IMG/VR virus record: IMGVR_UViG_2667527522_000001
Source of the DNA: a virus
Lineage: Duplodnaviria; Heunggongvirae; Uroviricota; Caudoviricetes
Reading direction: 5' to 3' (one strand)
DNA: 50,608 nt
How positions within the stretch are numbered: the stretch's first letter is position 1; each line of letters starts with the position of its first letter. Below are positions 9,730 to 20,016 of the stretch, piece by piece. The position numbers and the translations under genes were made by a program. The notes beneath the pieces were generated by a model. It did no database searches. It was not told the DNA's origin and saw only the letters and a list, made by a program, of their open reading frames with translations.

Positions 9730-10953
9730 TTAATAGCAGGTCGTATTTAATAAGCTAGCGTACCATTCCATCATTACTTGTCGATCTTTAATATATTGCG
9801 CATGATTGTAAGTACCTCGAATAGAGTTCTTATCAACATGCGCAAGCTGCATTTCAATCCAGGCACTTTCAAACCCATGCTCATGCAAGATGGTGCTCAT
9901 GGTATGCCTGAAACCGTGACCCGTTAACCGACCGTGATAACCCAGTAGTTTTATCACTTTGTTGATGCTGGCTTCGCTCATTGGTTTACTGACGTCATTC
10001 CGGCCAGGGAAAACGAGGCTGTAATTCCCTGTTATTTCTTGCAGCTTTTTCAGGATATTGATCGCCTGAGTTGATAACGGAACCAGATGGGGGCGGCGTT
10101 TCTTCATCCGTTCTTTGGGGATCTCCCATAAGGCATTATCTAAATCAAACTCAGCCCATTCCGCTGCACGTAGTTCAATTGTTCGCACGCCTGTTAGCAT
10201 CAACAGCTGCGTGGCGTATTTGGTAACTAAACTGCCCTGATAGTTATCCAGAGCATTAACGAACTCGGGCAACTCGCTTTCAGTCAGGAACGGGAAGTGT
10301 TGGGTTTTAGGTTTGTTGAGTGCGATAGCTAAATCGGGTGCAAAATTATACTTTGCTCTACCAGTGGCAACAGCATAACGAAGCACTTCACCACAGCGGC
10401 GGCGGATCTTACTGGTTTGCTCTAGCGCACCTCTTTTCTCTATTTTTTGCAGGACGGTTAGCAGTTCTAATGGTTCAATCTGCTCAATTGGGCGCTGGCC
10501 GATAAAAGGAAAAATATCCTTTTCCATACAATTGAGAACCTCTTTTGCATAACCCTCTGACCAGGTGGCTTTTTTCGATGAGTGCCATTCTCTGGCCACA
10601 GACTCAAAGCTGTTCTCATGCGCGAACTGCAAAGCAATCTTATCTGCTTTTCTGGCTTCACTTGGGTTTATCCCGTTGGCTAACATCGAACGCGCTTCAT
10701 CACGTTTGGTACGTGCCTGTGCCAACGACACATCGCCATATACGCCAAAGGAAATCATCTTAGGCTTACCTGCAAAGCGATAGCGAAAACGCCAGCCTTT
10801 ACTGCCCGCTGTGTCGATCAGGAGTGATAGCCCCATACCATCGTTAAGCGTATAGGGTTTGTCCTTCGGTTTTGCTCTTTTTATTTGGATGTCAGATAGC
10901 AGCATGTGTATAGAAAAAAGATCGAACTCAGTTATACACAATGTTATACGCAA
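9730..10953 (-). CDS. int: Tyrosine integrase, P4 type
   Basis: 407 aa; N-terminal KRAKPKDKPYTLNDGMGLSLLI arm-binding type; C-terminal GHGFRHT...LAHVD...RGTYNHAQY catalytic region. Confidence 0.9.
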   Translation of the reverse strand: MRITLCITEFDLFSIHMLLSDIQIKRAKPKDKPYTLNDGMGLSLLIDTAGSKGWRFRYRFAGKPKMISFGVYGDVSLAQARTKRDEARSMLANGINPSEARKADKIALQFAHENSFESVAREWHSSKKATWSEGYAKEVLNCMEKDIFPFIGQRPIEQIEPLELLTVLQKIEKRGALEQTSKIRRRCGEVLRYAVATGRAKYNFAPDLAIALNKPKTQHFPFLTESELPEFVNALDNYQGSLVTKYATQLLMLTGVRTIELRAAEWAEFDLDNALWEIPKERMKKRRPHLVPLSTQAINILKKLQEITGNYSLVFPGRNDVSKPMSEASINKVIKLLGYHGRLTGHGFRHTMSTILHEHGFESAWIEMQLAHVDKNSIRGTYNHAQYIKDRQVMMEWYASLLNTTCY

Positions 10954-11075
10954 AGATGTATAGATTCCATTAGAAATAATGGTACTTTGCTGGACGAGTA
11001 TAAGGAGATGATATCAGTTAAAACAGTGAGTTATGGAATTAATTGAACTTAGTGAGAAGTGTTCATGGTGTCCCC

Positions 11076-11090
11076 TGCAGACATCTACTT
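11076..11090 (-). other. 15-nt match to the 3' terminus of tRNA-Arg (argW-like); att core candidate
   Basis: Minus strand reads CTGCAGGGGACACCA, preceded by non-tRNA sequence. Confidence 0.5.
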
Positions 11091-11153
11091 GAAGCGGCAG
11101 GGGATTGATTAGAATGGTATTTTTTAGATGTGAGAAATATTTTACCCGCTATT

Positions 11154-11354
11154 TTACCCATTGGCGCGGCTTAAGAGCTTATTTTTGAATTCACAATGGT
11201 CACGATATAACCATCTTGCTCGCCCGTGGATAACTTTGGCTTTTGGCAGGTCGCCGGACTTAATCCGGTCATAGATGAAGGTTTTACCGAAGCCAGTATC
11301 GGCCATGATGAATTTCAAATCAACCAGTGAATCAGGCTGTAGTTCGTGTTGCAT
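11154..11354 (-). CDS. alpA: AlpA-family DNA-binding protein (excisionase or regulator)
   Basis: 66 aa; LKFIMADTGFGKTFIYDRIKSGDLPKAKVIHGRARW resembles AlpA/Vis. Confidence 0.8.
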   Translation of the reverse strand: MQHELQPDSLVDLKFIMADTGFGKTFIYDRIKSGDLPKAKVIHGRARWLYRDHCEFKNKLLSRANG

Positions 11355-11364
11355 GAGTGCTATC

Positions 11365-11380
11365 TCCGAATAGGGAATCG
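11365..11380 (-). other. 16-nt match to the T-arm region of tRNA-Arg (argW-like); att core candidate
   Basis: Minus strand reads TTGCAGGTTCGATTCC, 19 nt upstream of the alpA start. Confidence 0.5.
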
Positions 11381-11390
11381 AACCTGCAAA

Positions 11391-11410
11391 TCAGGTAATA
11401 AAAAACCGCC
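11391..11410 (-). terminator. Rho-independent terminator ending the prophage leftward early operon
   Basis: Minus strand CCGCC-TGAT-GGCGG followed by TTTTTT. Confidence 0.5.
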
Positions 11411-11667
11411 ATCAGGCGGCTTGGTGTTCTTTCAGTTCTTCAATTCGAATATTGGTTATGTCTGCATGCGCTATCTGCGCCCATAGCATCCAGTGGTCAT
11501 AGCAGTCATTGATGTTCTCTGCTTCGATAACTCTGTTGAATGGCTCTCCATTCCATTCACCTGTGACTCGAAAGTGCATTTATCATCTCCATAAAACAAA
11601 ACCCGCCGTAGCGAGTTCAGATAAAAGAAATCCCCGCGAGTGCGAGGATAGTTACTTGTTCATATTA

Positions 11668-11967
11668 TTAATCGTCAATGTATTTTGAGCATTGTGGGCA
11701 ATCATCAATCCCACAATACGATTCATATGCATCCTTTATTGCGTCGCGGGCTTCAGTAAGAGTATTGAATAAGTTGCAGCTATTATCTTTTTGATATAGG
11801 TAAGTTCCTAATTTATAAGCAGAAGAAGCATCATTTCCGCTGTCTAAAATTACATCGTTATGGATTCTGCACCTTGCAAGAACTCCTGATCCCATAAGGG
11901 TCTGCATAGCCCATTGCTCTTGATCTTCACACAAATCATGAATGCTCATTTCAACACCTCTCTTCAC
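11668..11967 (-). CDS. Hypothetical early-left protein
   Basis: 99-codon ORF. Confidence 0.45.
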   Translation of the reverse strand: MKRGVEMSIHDLCEDQEQWAMQTLMGSGVLARCRIHNDVILDSGNDASSAYKLGTYLYQKDNSCNLFNTLTEARDAIKDAYESYCGIDDCPQCSKYIDD

Positions 11968-12063
11968 GTTTCACACACGTTAAGATTAACAGTGTTTTTA
12001 CATGCTTTGGAAGATTTATTTTATAAAAACTCTTTTAATACAAATAGATATAATAGTTCACTA

Positions 12064-12765
12064 TTATAGCTCCTTTAATCGAGGCGGTTCTGGTAGAGGC
12101 ATCCAGTGGGTTACCTCTTTGAGATACAGGTCTTCGCCATCACCGTCATCCCAAGTTGGATTGCCATCATTAAACCAGTCGACATATACGCCGACCTGAG
12201 TGTTGGGGATGTTTGGTGGGTAGTTGTTTTTAAAGTCAGCTGCTAACACATAGCATTGTCGCTCTCCCATTTCTGGCATTCGCTCACTACAGCTTATCCA
12301 ACCATCCGGAGTTACCGGATAGTTGCCGGGTTCTTTAATGTGCAAGCGAGGCTCACCATCTTTTGGCTCAGGCCACTGGCGCTCCATGTTGATCTTCAAT
12401 TTATCTTCCATAGCAGCGGTAATTTCAGCATCGCTGATGCCAGCACGGCGCTGTGCATCCCACAACAGAAACTGCATATCAGCCCACTCGCTAAGATCGT
12501 CTGGTTCGGCTGCGGCTTCAAGTGCCTCTTTTGAGAGATGTTTCAGCGGACCAATGGGGCCAACGCAGCCAAATGTGGAGTCAGACCATTTGGCATGCTC
12601 GTGGCGAATCTGTTCGCGTTCCAGTGATGCCAGTGCAATTCGTGCCAGTTCCATTTGTTCGCCACGAGTAAGTCCGTTATCAAGCGGATTTTTAATGAAT
12701 AATTTGATACGTTCTTTGGTTATAGCGCTCATATCACTCTCCTTTGATGCGAATGCCTGTTGCAA
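12064..12765 (-). CDS. Hypothetical early protein with DGNPTW...W C-terminal motif
   Basis: 233-codon ORF; probable start at MSAITKERIK. Confidence 0.55.
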   Translation of the reverse strand: MQQAFASKESDMSAITKERIKLFIKNPLDNGLTRGEQMELARIALASLEREQIRHEHAKWSDSTFGCVGPIGPLKHLSKEALEAAAEPDDLSEWADMQFLLWDAQRRAGISDAEITAAMEDKLKINMERQWPEPKDGEPRLHIKEPGNYPVTPDGWISCSERMPEMGERQCYVLAADFKNNYPPNIPNTQVGVYVDWFNDGNPTWDDGDGEDLYLKEVTHWMPLPEPPRLKEL

Positions 12766-13168
12766 TGCTGTTTATGATGCTGTCAGTGCATGGGGTAGAA
12801 AGCTGGGCATCTCCAGCAATTCTCATGACCTCAACATCTGCATATCGAATACCGAGGTGTATCAGACCGGCTATACCTGACTTAAGCCGAGCATTTTCCA
12901 TAAACAGATCCTTTGCCCGCTGTTTTTCTGCCTCAAGCTCAACGCGCAACTTCCCTACCGTTAACGCAATATCCTCGTTCTCTTGGTCGCGGCGTTTGAT
13001 GTATTGCTGGTTTCTTTCCCGTTCATCCAGTAGTGCAAGCACGGTAGCCGGATTAGCCCTGGCAACAAAATCCCGGACTGGCTTACAACCAATCTCCGCA
13101 ATGGGTTGATACGATGTGTAGCCATGCTGTCTTGTATAACTACCGTGACGAATAACGAAAAAAATCAC
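12734..13168 (-). CDS. Hypothetical early-left protein, possibly Ead/Ea22-like
   Basis: 144 aa; PATVLALLDERE segment and coiled-coil stretch. Confidence 0.45.
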   Translation of the reverse strand: MIFFVIRHGSYTRQHGYTSYQPIAEIGCKPVRDFVARANPATVLALLDERERNQQYIKRRDQENEDIALTVGKLRVELEAEKQRAKDLFMENARLKSGIAGLIHLGIRYADVEVMRIAGDAQLSTPCTDSIINSIATGIRIKGE

Positions 13169-13253
13169 CGTTTATTTTTTTTTAGCTTGCCACTTATCTT
13201 TACCGGCTTTCACTGCCGCCTCACGCAGTGCCTGATAGTCAATCTTGCTCACT

Positions 13254-13418
13254 GCTTGCCTCCTTTGCGCCACATAGCATTCAGATATTTGTTTTGATTT
13301 ACTGACGGAAAAGAATTTCTCTTAAGCAATTCCTCTCTCGATGGCATTGGCTTTACGCGTTGGCGAATAATCATTTCTGCCGGAAGAATGCCGGGATTGT
13401 ATGCAAGTCCTCTCATGA
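13254..13418 (-). CDS. Small ORF, possibly CIII-like
   Basis: 54-codon [15 protein letters not shown]...[10 protein letters not shown] not in the track; weak resemblance only. Confidence 0.25.
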
Positions 13419-13721
13419 TTTACTCTCCACGAGCTGGTCAATAGCCATGCTAAGTGACACACCTAAAGTCTCGATATGCTGCTGAATATCCTGTAGCGTC
13501 TGCGCCTGAGATAACAGGATTTCACGGTTGCATAACTCTTTAACCAGATGCTCAAACTTGCTGTAATAACCGATACGACTTAGTGTTTCTTTCCCTGCAT
13601 TCTCGCCTTCTTTAATAATTCCTCTTTCGCTAAGAATCAGATCGTGTTTGGTTCCGGTAATAACGTATTTTCCGAGGTCGATGTTTAGCTTCATTGTTTT
13701 CATTGTTAATTCCTCAGTCAT
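13413..13721 (-). CDS. Hypothetical early protein
   Basis: ORF 13413-13853, trimmed to an internal Met after the upstream stop. Confidence 0.4.
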   Translation of the reverse strand: MTEELTMKTMKLNIDLGKYVITGTKHDLILSERGIIKEGENAGKETLSRIGYYSKFEHLVKELCNREILLSQAQTLQDIQQHIETLGVSLSMAIDQLVESKS

Positions 13722-14007
13722 TACTGATAGCGCCATAGCGTGAGCGGTAATTACGCAGGCGCGGGTCAATTTCAGGGAAGTGGGTATATGTGGCTTTGCG
13801 TAATGGGCGGATTGATGTCTGGTAAATTCGCTCGCGTTCTTCTTTCTCTGCAAGCCATATACAATGGCGAAATTCCTTTTCCTCTTTCGTTTCCTGCGGT
13901 AGAGACATTATCAGGTCGTAGTTTTTCCTGAATTTATCCAGCACCTCCGATACGGAATTGCCGGAACAGCGGCGCGGGTCATCCGCACCATACAGAGGCG
14001 CTGGCAT
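13714..14007 (-). CDS. Hypothetical early protein
   Basis: 97-codon ORF. Confidence 0.45.
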   Translation of the reverse strand: MPAPLYGADDPRRCSGNSVSEVLDKFRKNYDLIMSLPQETKEEKEFRHCIWLAEKEERERIYQTSIRPLRKATYTHFPEIDPRLRNYRSRYGAISND

Positions 14008-14030
14008 AATGGAATCCTTATTTTGCTAAT

Positions 14031-14414
14031 CTAGAAGGGGATTGAATCGTCGTATTCAGGATGATTTTGATGATTGCTACTTTGCTGCTGTTGGCTGTTT
14101 CCTGAAGTTGCAAATCCAATCTTTGCATTCAGTAATTCAAGAGTGATTGATTGACCATTTTGCCCCTGATAAACATCAACCCTGATGTTTTCTCCGGTAA
14201 TTTCCACAATGCCACCTTCAACAAGAACACTACGGTAGTAATCCGCTTGCGCTCCCGGCTTGGCAAATACAACGGCGCTGTAGTTTGTCCATTCTTTCTT
14301 TTTTGTCTGGCGATCGTAATACTGAACGCCAGCACGGATGTTGAATCCGATATTTTCCCCGGCCTGAAACTCTCTTGCGGGCTTGTTTAGTCTTACAGTA
14401 ATCGAATGTGCCAT
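14031..14414 (-). CDS. ssb: Single-stranded DNA-binding protein
   Basis: C-terminal acidic tail ...EYDDSIPF typical of SSB; start at MAHSITVRLNKP. Confidence 0.8.
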   Translation of the reverse strand: MAHSITVRLNKPAREFQAGENIGFNIRAGVQYYDRQTKKKEWTNYSAVVFAKPGAQADYYRSVLVEGGIVEITGENIRVDVYQGQNGQSITLELLNAKIGFATSGNSQQQQSSNHQNHPEYDDSIPF

Positions 14415-15019
14415 TAAGCAGCAGCTCCTTCTAATTCGTCTCGTCTGATGTTGTAAACGTCCTGCGCTTTGTGCTGCTCCGGTGTTCCTTCGAGCATCTT
14501 CCACGCTTTGGCGAACGCCTGTTTAAGCTCTTCCACGGTGTTTTTCTGCAATGCTGCGTCAGTGAATGCTTTTAGAACCTGTTCAGGTGTAGGTGATGGT
14601 TTTGATTGCTTTGCTGCTGCGTTCTGCTGATGTTTATGCTCGTCGGTATCTGCATCTTTCGCATCATCAATGCCGAACAAACCATTGAGGCAATACTTGC
14701 GTGCATAAGAGCTTGTAGCTCCAGTAACTTGTGCAGAATCCATTCCTTTCTTGCTTTCTTCCTCTCGTGCAAGAGCGGTTGCCGTATGACTGTTTTCGCC
14801 ATCGGTAATAGTTGCCGTTGCTTTCACGTAATACCGATCACCAATCAACACAACTTCATCGCTGATTGATAAAAACAGGCCATTCAGTAACGGCTTAACG
14901 CCTTCAAGAATATCTTCGCAGCTTCTGTATTTATATTTGCCGAATGAGTTGTACTGATTCTTTGGCGCGTTCAGATTCTCCTGAATAGCTGCCAGTCTTG
15001 CGTAAAATTCTTTGCTCAT
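14414..15019 (-). CDS. erf: Erf-family single-strand annealing protein
   Basis: MSKEFYARLAAIQENLNAPKNQYNSFGKYKYRSCEDILEGVKPLL close to P22 Erf. Confidence 0.85.
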   Translation of the reverse strand: MSKEFYARLAAIQENLNAPKNQYNSFGKYKYRSCEDILEGVKPLLNGLFLSISDEVVLIGDRYYVKATATITDGENSHTATALAREEESKKGMDSAQVTGATSSYARKYCLNGLFGIDDAKDADTDEHKHQQNAAAKQSKPSPTPEQVLKAFTDAALQKNTVEELKQAFAKAWKMLEGTPEQHKAQDVYNIRRDELEGAAA

Positions 15020-15108
15020 ATGTTTGTTCTCAGAATGGACATGGCCCAAGGAAATAACGCTGATTTAATACTTCAGTCTTTGCCGCATTTAAAAATACGC
15101 GAACACCT

Positions 15109-15294
15109 TCACGATCTCCCTTCTGGCGATACATTAACGCCTGCTGCGTGTACATGCGTCTCTGTAACTTGCTCTCCTTCACTGTGGTTGCAAGTGACAT
15201 GAATATCTCCTTCGTTACCGATTAATTCTTTCATCTGACGAATGAATTCTTCGTCTGACCAGCTATCTGTAAAACTCATTTCCTGCGATACCAC
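15109..15294 (-). CDS. Small hypothetical protein
   Basis: 61-codon ORF. Confidence 0.3.
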   Translation of the reverse strand: MVSQEMSFTDSWSDEEFIRQMKELIGNEGDIHVTCNHSEGEQVTETHVHAAGVNVSPEGRS

Positions 15295-15568
15295 GGAATG
15301 TTGATCGCTGATTTCATCGCTTTATTTGCTTCAAGCCACATTTTGGAATCACCAATAAATCTTGCTATTACTGCTTTGTTTTGTGCTGCACGAAGCATCT
15401 GGTGATTGATGGCTATTTCATTGCGCATAATAAGACCTCAACTCTTTTCCATCCGTCACGTAATTTACGGGTGATTCGTTCAAGTAAAGATTCATTTAGT
15501 TGGAAGGCACCCATGCGAGCGCCTCCCGCGATTGCGTAAATCATGGGTGGTTCCTTATGTTGGTTTTA

Positions 15569-16537
15569 TTAGTAGGTTATTTTTGTTGCGAATACTTCGC
15601 CTTTTACGATGGCTGTTATGATATTTTTAGCAACATCTTCTGATGCGCCAACCTTGATAAGGTCAGCAAGTATTTTGTTATTTACTTCTTTCCGGTGAGC
15701 TTTATCCTTTGCTCTACGCTCTTCTTCTTCCTTGATTCTTTTTTCTTCTGCTATTCTGGCTTGCTCTTTTGCTTCAGCCTCGCGCCTGATTCGTTCAGCC
15801 TCCTCCTGTGCTTTTCGGCGTTCTGCTTCAATTGCCGCCTGCTTTTCTCTTTCAGCTCGTTCTGCTGCCTCTTTTGCTTCGCGCTGTGCTCGTTGCTCGG
15901 CTTCAATGCGTTCACGCTCTGCACGTTCCGCTGCGGCCTTAGCTTCTGCTTCTCGCCTTGCTGCTGCTTCAATTTCGGCTTTTGCCTTTGCTTCGGCTTC
16001 TGCTCTGGCTTTCTCTTCAGCTTCTCTTTTTAAGCGTTCTTCATGCTCTCGCTTTTCCTGCTCCGCTTTGAGTCTTGCCTCTTCTCTTTGGCGGTCAAAT
16101 TCGCGATCCATCAAAATCGCTATTTCATGGTCAGACTCAATTTGCTTTGCGAGAGCTTCAGCTGCTGCCTTAGCTTCTTCTTCGGCTTTAATCCGCGCCT
16201 GTTCTTCCTCATAATCAGTAAGAGGCTGGCGTGCCTTGGCTTTCGGCTCATCAAGGCGATCACGCACTGTCTTGCGGTTAGCATCAATGAGCTTTGGAAT
16301 TTCCTTCAGTTCAGCAACAAGGTCTTTGCCAAGACCATCGAGATATGTTTTCGTCTGCGCAACTTTATACGCCAGAGAAGCGATCTCCTTTCTGCCCTTT
16401 GCCGTTGTGATATCAGGCACAAAGGACATAACTTCACGTTCAACCTTTTGAAGGATTTCTTCAATCTGGTCGGCAGACTGAAATACAGTCATTGCATTTG
16501 ATTTTTCAATAACAACTAAATCTGTTACTTCACTCAT
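15569..16537 (-). CDS. Coiled-coil protein rich in E/A/K/R repeats
   Basis: 322 aa; long EAEAKA / ERAERE low-complexity stretch. Confidence 0.6.
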   Translation of the reverse strand: MSEVTDLVVIEKSNAMTVFQSADQIEEILQKVEREVMSFVPDITTAKGRKEIASLAYKVAQTKTYLDGLGKDLVAELKEIPKLIDANRKTVRDRLDEPKAKARQPLTDYEEEQARIKAEEEAKAAAEALAKQIESDHEIAILMDREFDRQREEARLKAEQEKREHEERLKREAEEKARAEAEAKAKAEIEAAARREAEAKAAAERAERERIEAEQRAQREAKEAAERAEREKQAAIEAERRKAQEEAERIRREAEAKEQARIAEEKRIKEEEERRAKDKAHRKEVNNKILADLIKVGASEDVAKNIITAIVKGEVFATKITY

Positions 16538-16571
16538 ATATCCTCCTTCGTTGTATTCTTTAAAAACGCTC

Positions 16572-16940
16572 TCAGGCGGCTTTGATAGTCATATCATCTG
16601 AATCAAATATTCCTGATGTATCGATATCGGTAATTCTTATTCCTTCGCTACCATCCATTGGAGGCCATCCTTCCTGACCATTTCCATCATTCCAGTCGAA
16701 CTCACACACAACACCATATGCATTTAAGTCGCTTGAAATTGCTATAAGCAGAGCATGTTGCGCCAGCATGATTAATACAGCATTTAATACAGAGCCGTGT
16801 TTTTTGAGTCTGTATTCAGAGTCTGACCAGAAATTATTAATCTGGTGAAGTTTTTCCTCTGTCATTACGTCATGGTCGATTTCAATTTCTATTGATGCTT
16901 TCCAGTCGTAATCAATGATGTATTTTTTGATGTTTGACAT
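16572..16940 (-). CDS. Hypothetical early protein (DGN...GW motif family)
   Basis: 122 aa; ends ...KAA like 17121-17444. Confidence 0.5.
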   Translation of the reverse strand: MSNIKKYIIDYDWKASIEIEIDHDVMTEEKLHQINNFWSDSEYRLKKHGSVLNAVLIMLAQHALLIAISSDLNAYGVVCEFDWNDGNGQEGWPPMDGSEGIRITDIDTSGIFDSDDMTIKAA

Positions 16941-17120
16941 CTGTTCATATCCTCATAGATAAAAAATTGCCCTCACACTGGAGGGCAAAGAAGATTTCCA
17001 ATAATCAGAACAAGTCGGCTCCTGTTTAGTTACGAGCGACATTGCTCCGTGTATTCACTCGTTGGAATGAATACACAGTGCAGTGTTTATTCTGTTGTTT
17101 ATGCCAAAAATAAAGGCCGA

Positions 17121-17444
17121 CTATGCGGCCTTATCCACATTCCTGAACCAAACGCAGATCGGACCGTCTTCTGTATCGTGAATCGAACCAACAAACCATC
17201 CTTCTCCATCTGGCATGCTTGGCTCCCATCCACTGATGTTTGGATTCCCATCTTCAAAATACGAGTCAATTACCGTTTGATTGTTGTCGTTTTCCATTTC
17301 AACAATTGATGATTCAATGCCATGCTGCTTGCAGAAAGATCTGAACTCATCAGCTGAAATTACCTCTCTATCCCCAAACAGGTTGGCGTATTCTGGGTGC
17401 GTCCAGTAGCCATCCTCGCTTCGCTCTACTACTAATGCTTCCAT
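17121..17444 (-). CDS. Hypothetical early protein (DGN...GW motif family)
   Basis: 107 aa; GNPNISGWEPSMPDGEGW motif. Confidence 0.5.
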   Translation of the reverse strand: MEALVVERSEDGYWTHPEYANLFGDREVISADEFRSFCKQHGIESSIVEMENDNNQTVIDSYFEDGNPNISGWEPSMPDGEGWFVGSIHDTEDGPICVWFRNVDKAA

Positions 17445-17452
17445 ATCTCACC

Positions 17453-17779
17453 TCAAATAAGTGGTTTGCTGCCTAATTTCATTTTCTGGCGACCAACACA
17501 AGTCACACCCATTTCACTGCGTGGCTTGCTGTACCATGTGCGCTGATTCTTGCGCTCAATACGTTGCAGGTTGCTTTCAATCTGTTCGTGGTATTCAGCC
17601 AGCACCGTAAGGTCTATCGGATTCAGTGCGCTTTCTACTCGTGATTTCGGTTTGCGATTCAGCGAGAGAATAGGGCGGTTAACTGGTTTTGCGCTTACCC
17701 CAACCAACAGGGGATTTGCTGCTTTCCATTGAGCCTGTTTCTCTGCGCGACGTTCGCGGCGGCGTGTTTGTGCATCCAT
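17453..17779 (-). CDS. N: Antitermination protein N (lambda type)
   Basis: MDAQTRRRERRAEKQAQWKAANPLLVGVSAKPVNRPIL... essentially lambda N. Confidence 0.9.
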   Translation of the reverse strand: MDAQTRRRERRAEKQAQWKAANPLLVGVSAKPVNRPILSLNRKPKSRVESALNPIDLTVLAEYHEQIESNLQRIERKNQRTWYSKPRSEMGVTCVGRQKMKLGSKPLI

Positions 17780-17946
17780 CTTGATTCTCCTGTCAGTTAG
17801 CTTTGAGTAACGCGCCGTGATGCTTATCTCCACGGTTGCTGTCTTGCAGCTGCATTTCGCGCTACTCAAAGCTTTCTGCTTTGAATGCTGCCCTTCTTCA
17901 GGGCTAAATTTTTAAGAGCCTCACCTTCAATGGTGGTTAGTGCGTC

Positions 17947-18013
17947 CTGCTGATGGCTTAAAATTACAAGAAAGATTGTATGCTGTAAACAAGAAATATT
18001 GTAAAAATGGGCG
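17947..18013. promoter_or_regulatory. OL operators (434 type) with PL region
   Basis: Three ACAA-N6-TTGT sites: ACAAGAAAGATTGT, ACAAGAAATATTGT, ACAAACTCCATTGT. Confidence 0.65.
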
Positions 18014-18083
18014 TGAAAAACAAACTCCATTGTTTTTAAACGGAAAATAGTTTGTTTTTTGGTTGTCGAAATCGAGGTGAGGA

Positions 18084-19436
<1,353 letters not shown>

Positions 19437-19555
19437 GACATTCCCGCTCTTACACATCCCAGCCCTGAAAAAGGGCATCAAATTAAACCACACCTATGGT
19501 GTATGCATTTATTTGCATACATTCAATCAATTGTTATCTAAGGAAATACTTACAT

Positions 19556-19834
19556 ATGCAACTTACAAGTACTCGCAAGAAAGCGAATGCAATTACAAGC
19601 AACATCCTGAATCGAATTGCTGTACGTGGTCAGCGAAAGGTTGCTGATGCATTAGGGATCAATGAATCGCTAATTTCGCGATGGAAAGACAGCTTTATCC
19701 CAAAAATGGGAATGCTTCTGGCTGTTCTTGAATGGGGTGTTGAAGACGAGGAATTGGCGGAACTGGCTAAGAAAGTAGCCAGAATGCTGACAAAAGAAAA
19801 AGCCCCGAAGAACGGCGAATTCTTCGAGGCCTGA
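19556..19834 (+). CDS. cII: CII-like transcriptional activator
   Basis: ...RIAVRGQRKVADALGINESLISRWKDSFIPKMGMLLAVLEWGV resembles lambda CII. Confidence 0.85.
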   Translation: MQLTSTRKKANAITSNILNRIAVRGQRKVADALGINESLISRWKDSFIPKMGMLLAVLEWGVEDEELAELAKKVARMLTKEKAPKNGEFFEA

Positions 19835-20016
19835 TGTAGAAAGACTGGATCAATCCACAGGAGTAATTATGACAAAACGTCGTAAGAAATACCAGGAAAA
19901 AGAAGAGATTCGACACCCTGATTCACCTGAGGGATTAGTGGTAGCCGCAGCAAATAACAGGGCGTTCGCAGAGCGCCTTGTTGGTGTTTACAGACTAGCC
20001 AAAGCAGGAGTGAAAC

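Larger units (their letters stand above)
8024..9750 (+). pseudogene. Gene B of the accessory cassette, interrupted by IS1
   Basis: Frame 8024-8411 resumes in frame at 9188 once IS1 and the duplicated target are removed; about 317 aa reconstructed. Confidence 0.7.

Noticed and set aside
11365-11393. Possible intact tRNA on the minus strand upstream of alpA
   Set aside because: The GGTTCGATTCC motif lacks a pairing T-stem and acceptor stem. It is a 16-nt fragment matching part of tRNA-Arg, treated as an att remnant.
15695-16501. Plus-strand ORFs rich in Cys, Ser and Phe opposite the coiled-coil gene
   Set aside because: They are reverse-strand artefacts of the GAA/GCA-type coding repeats, with extreme low complexity.
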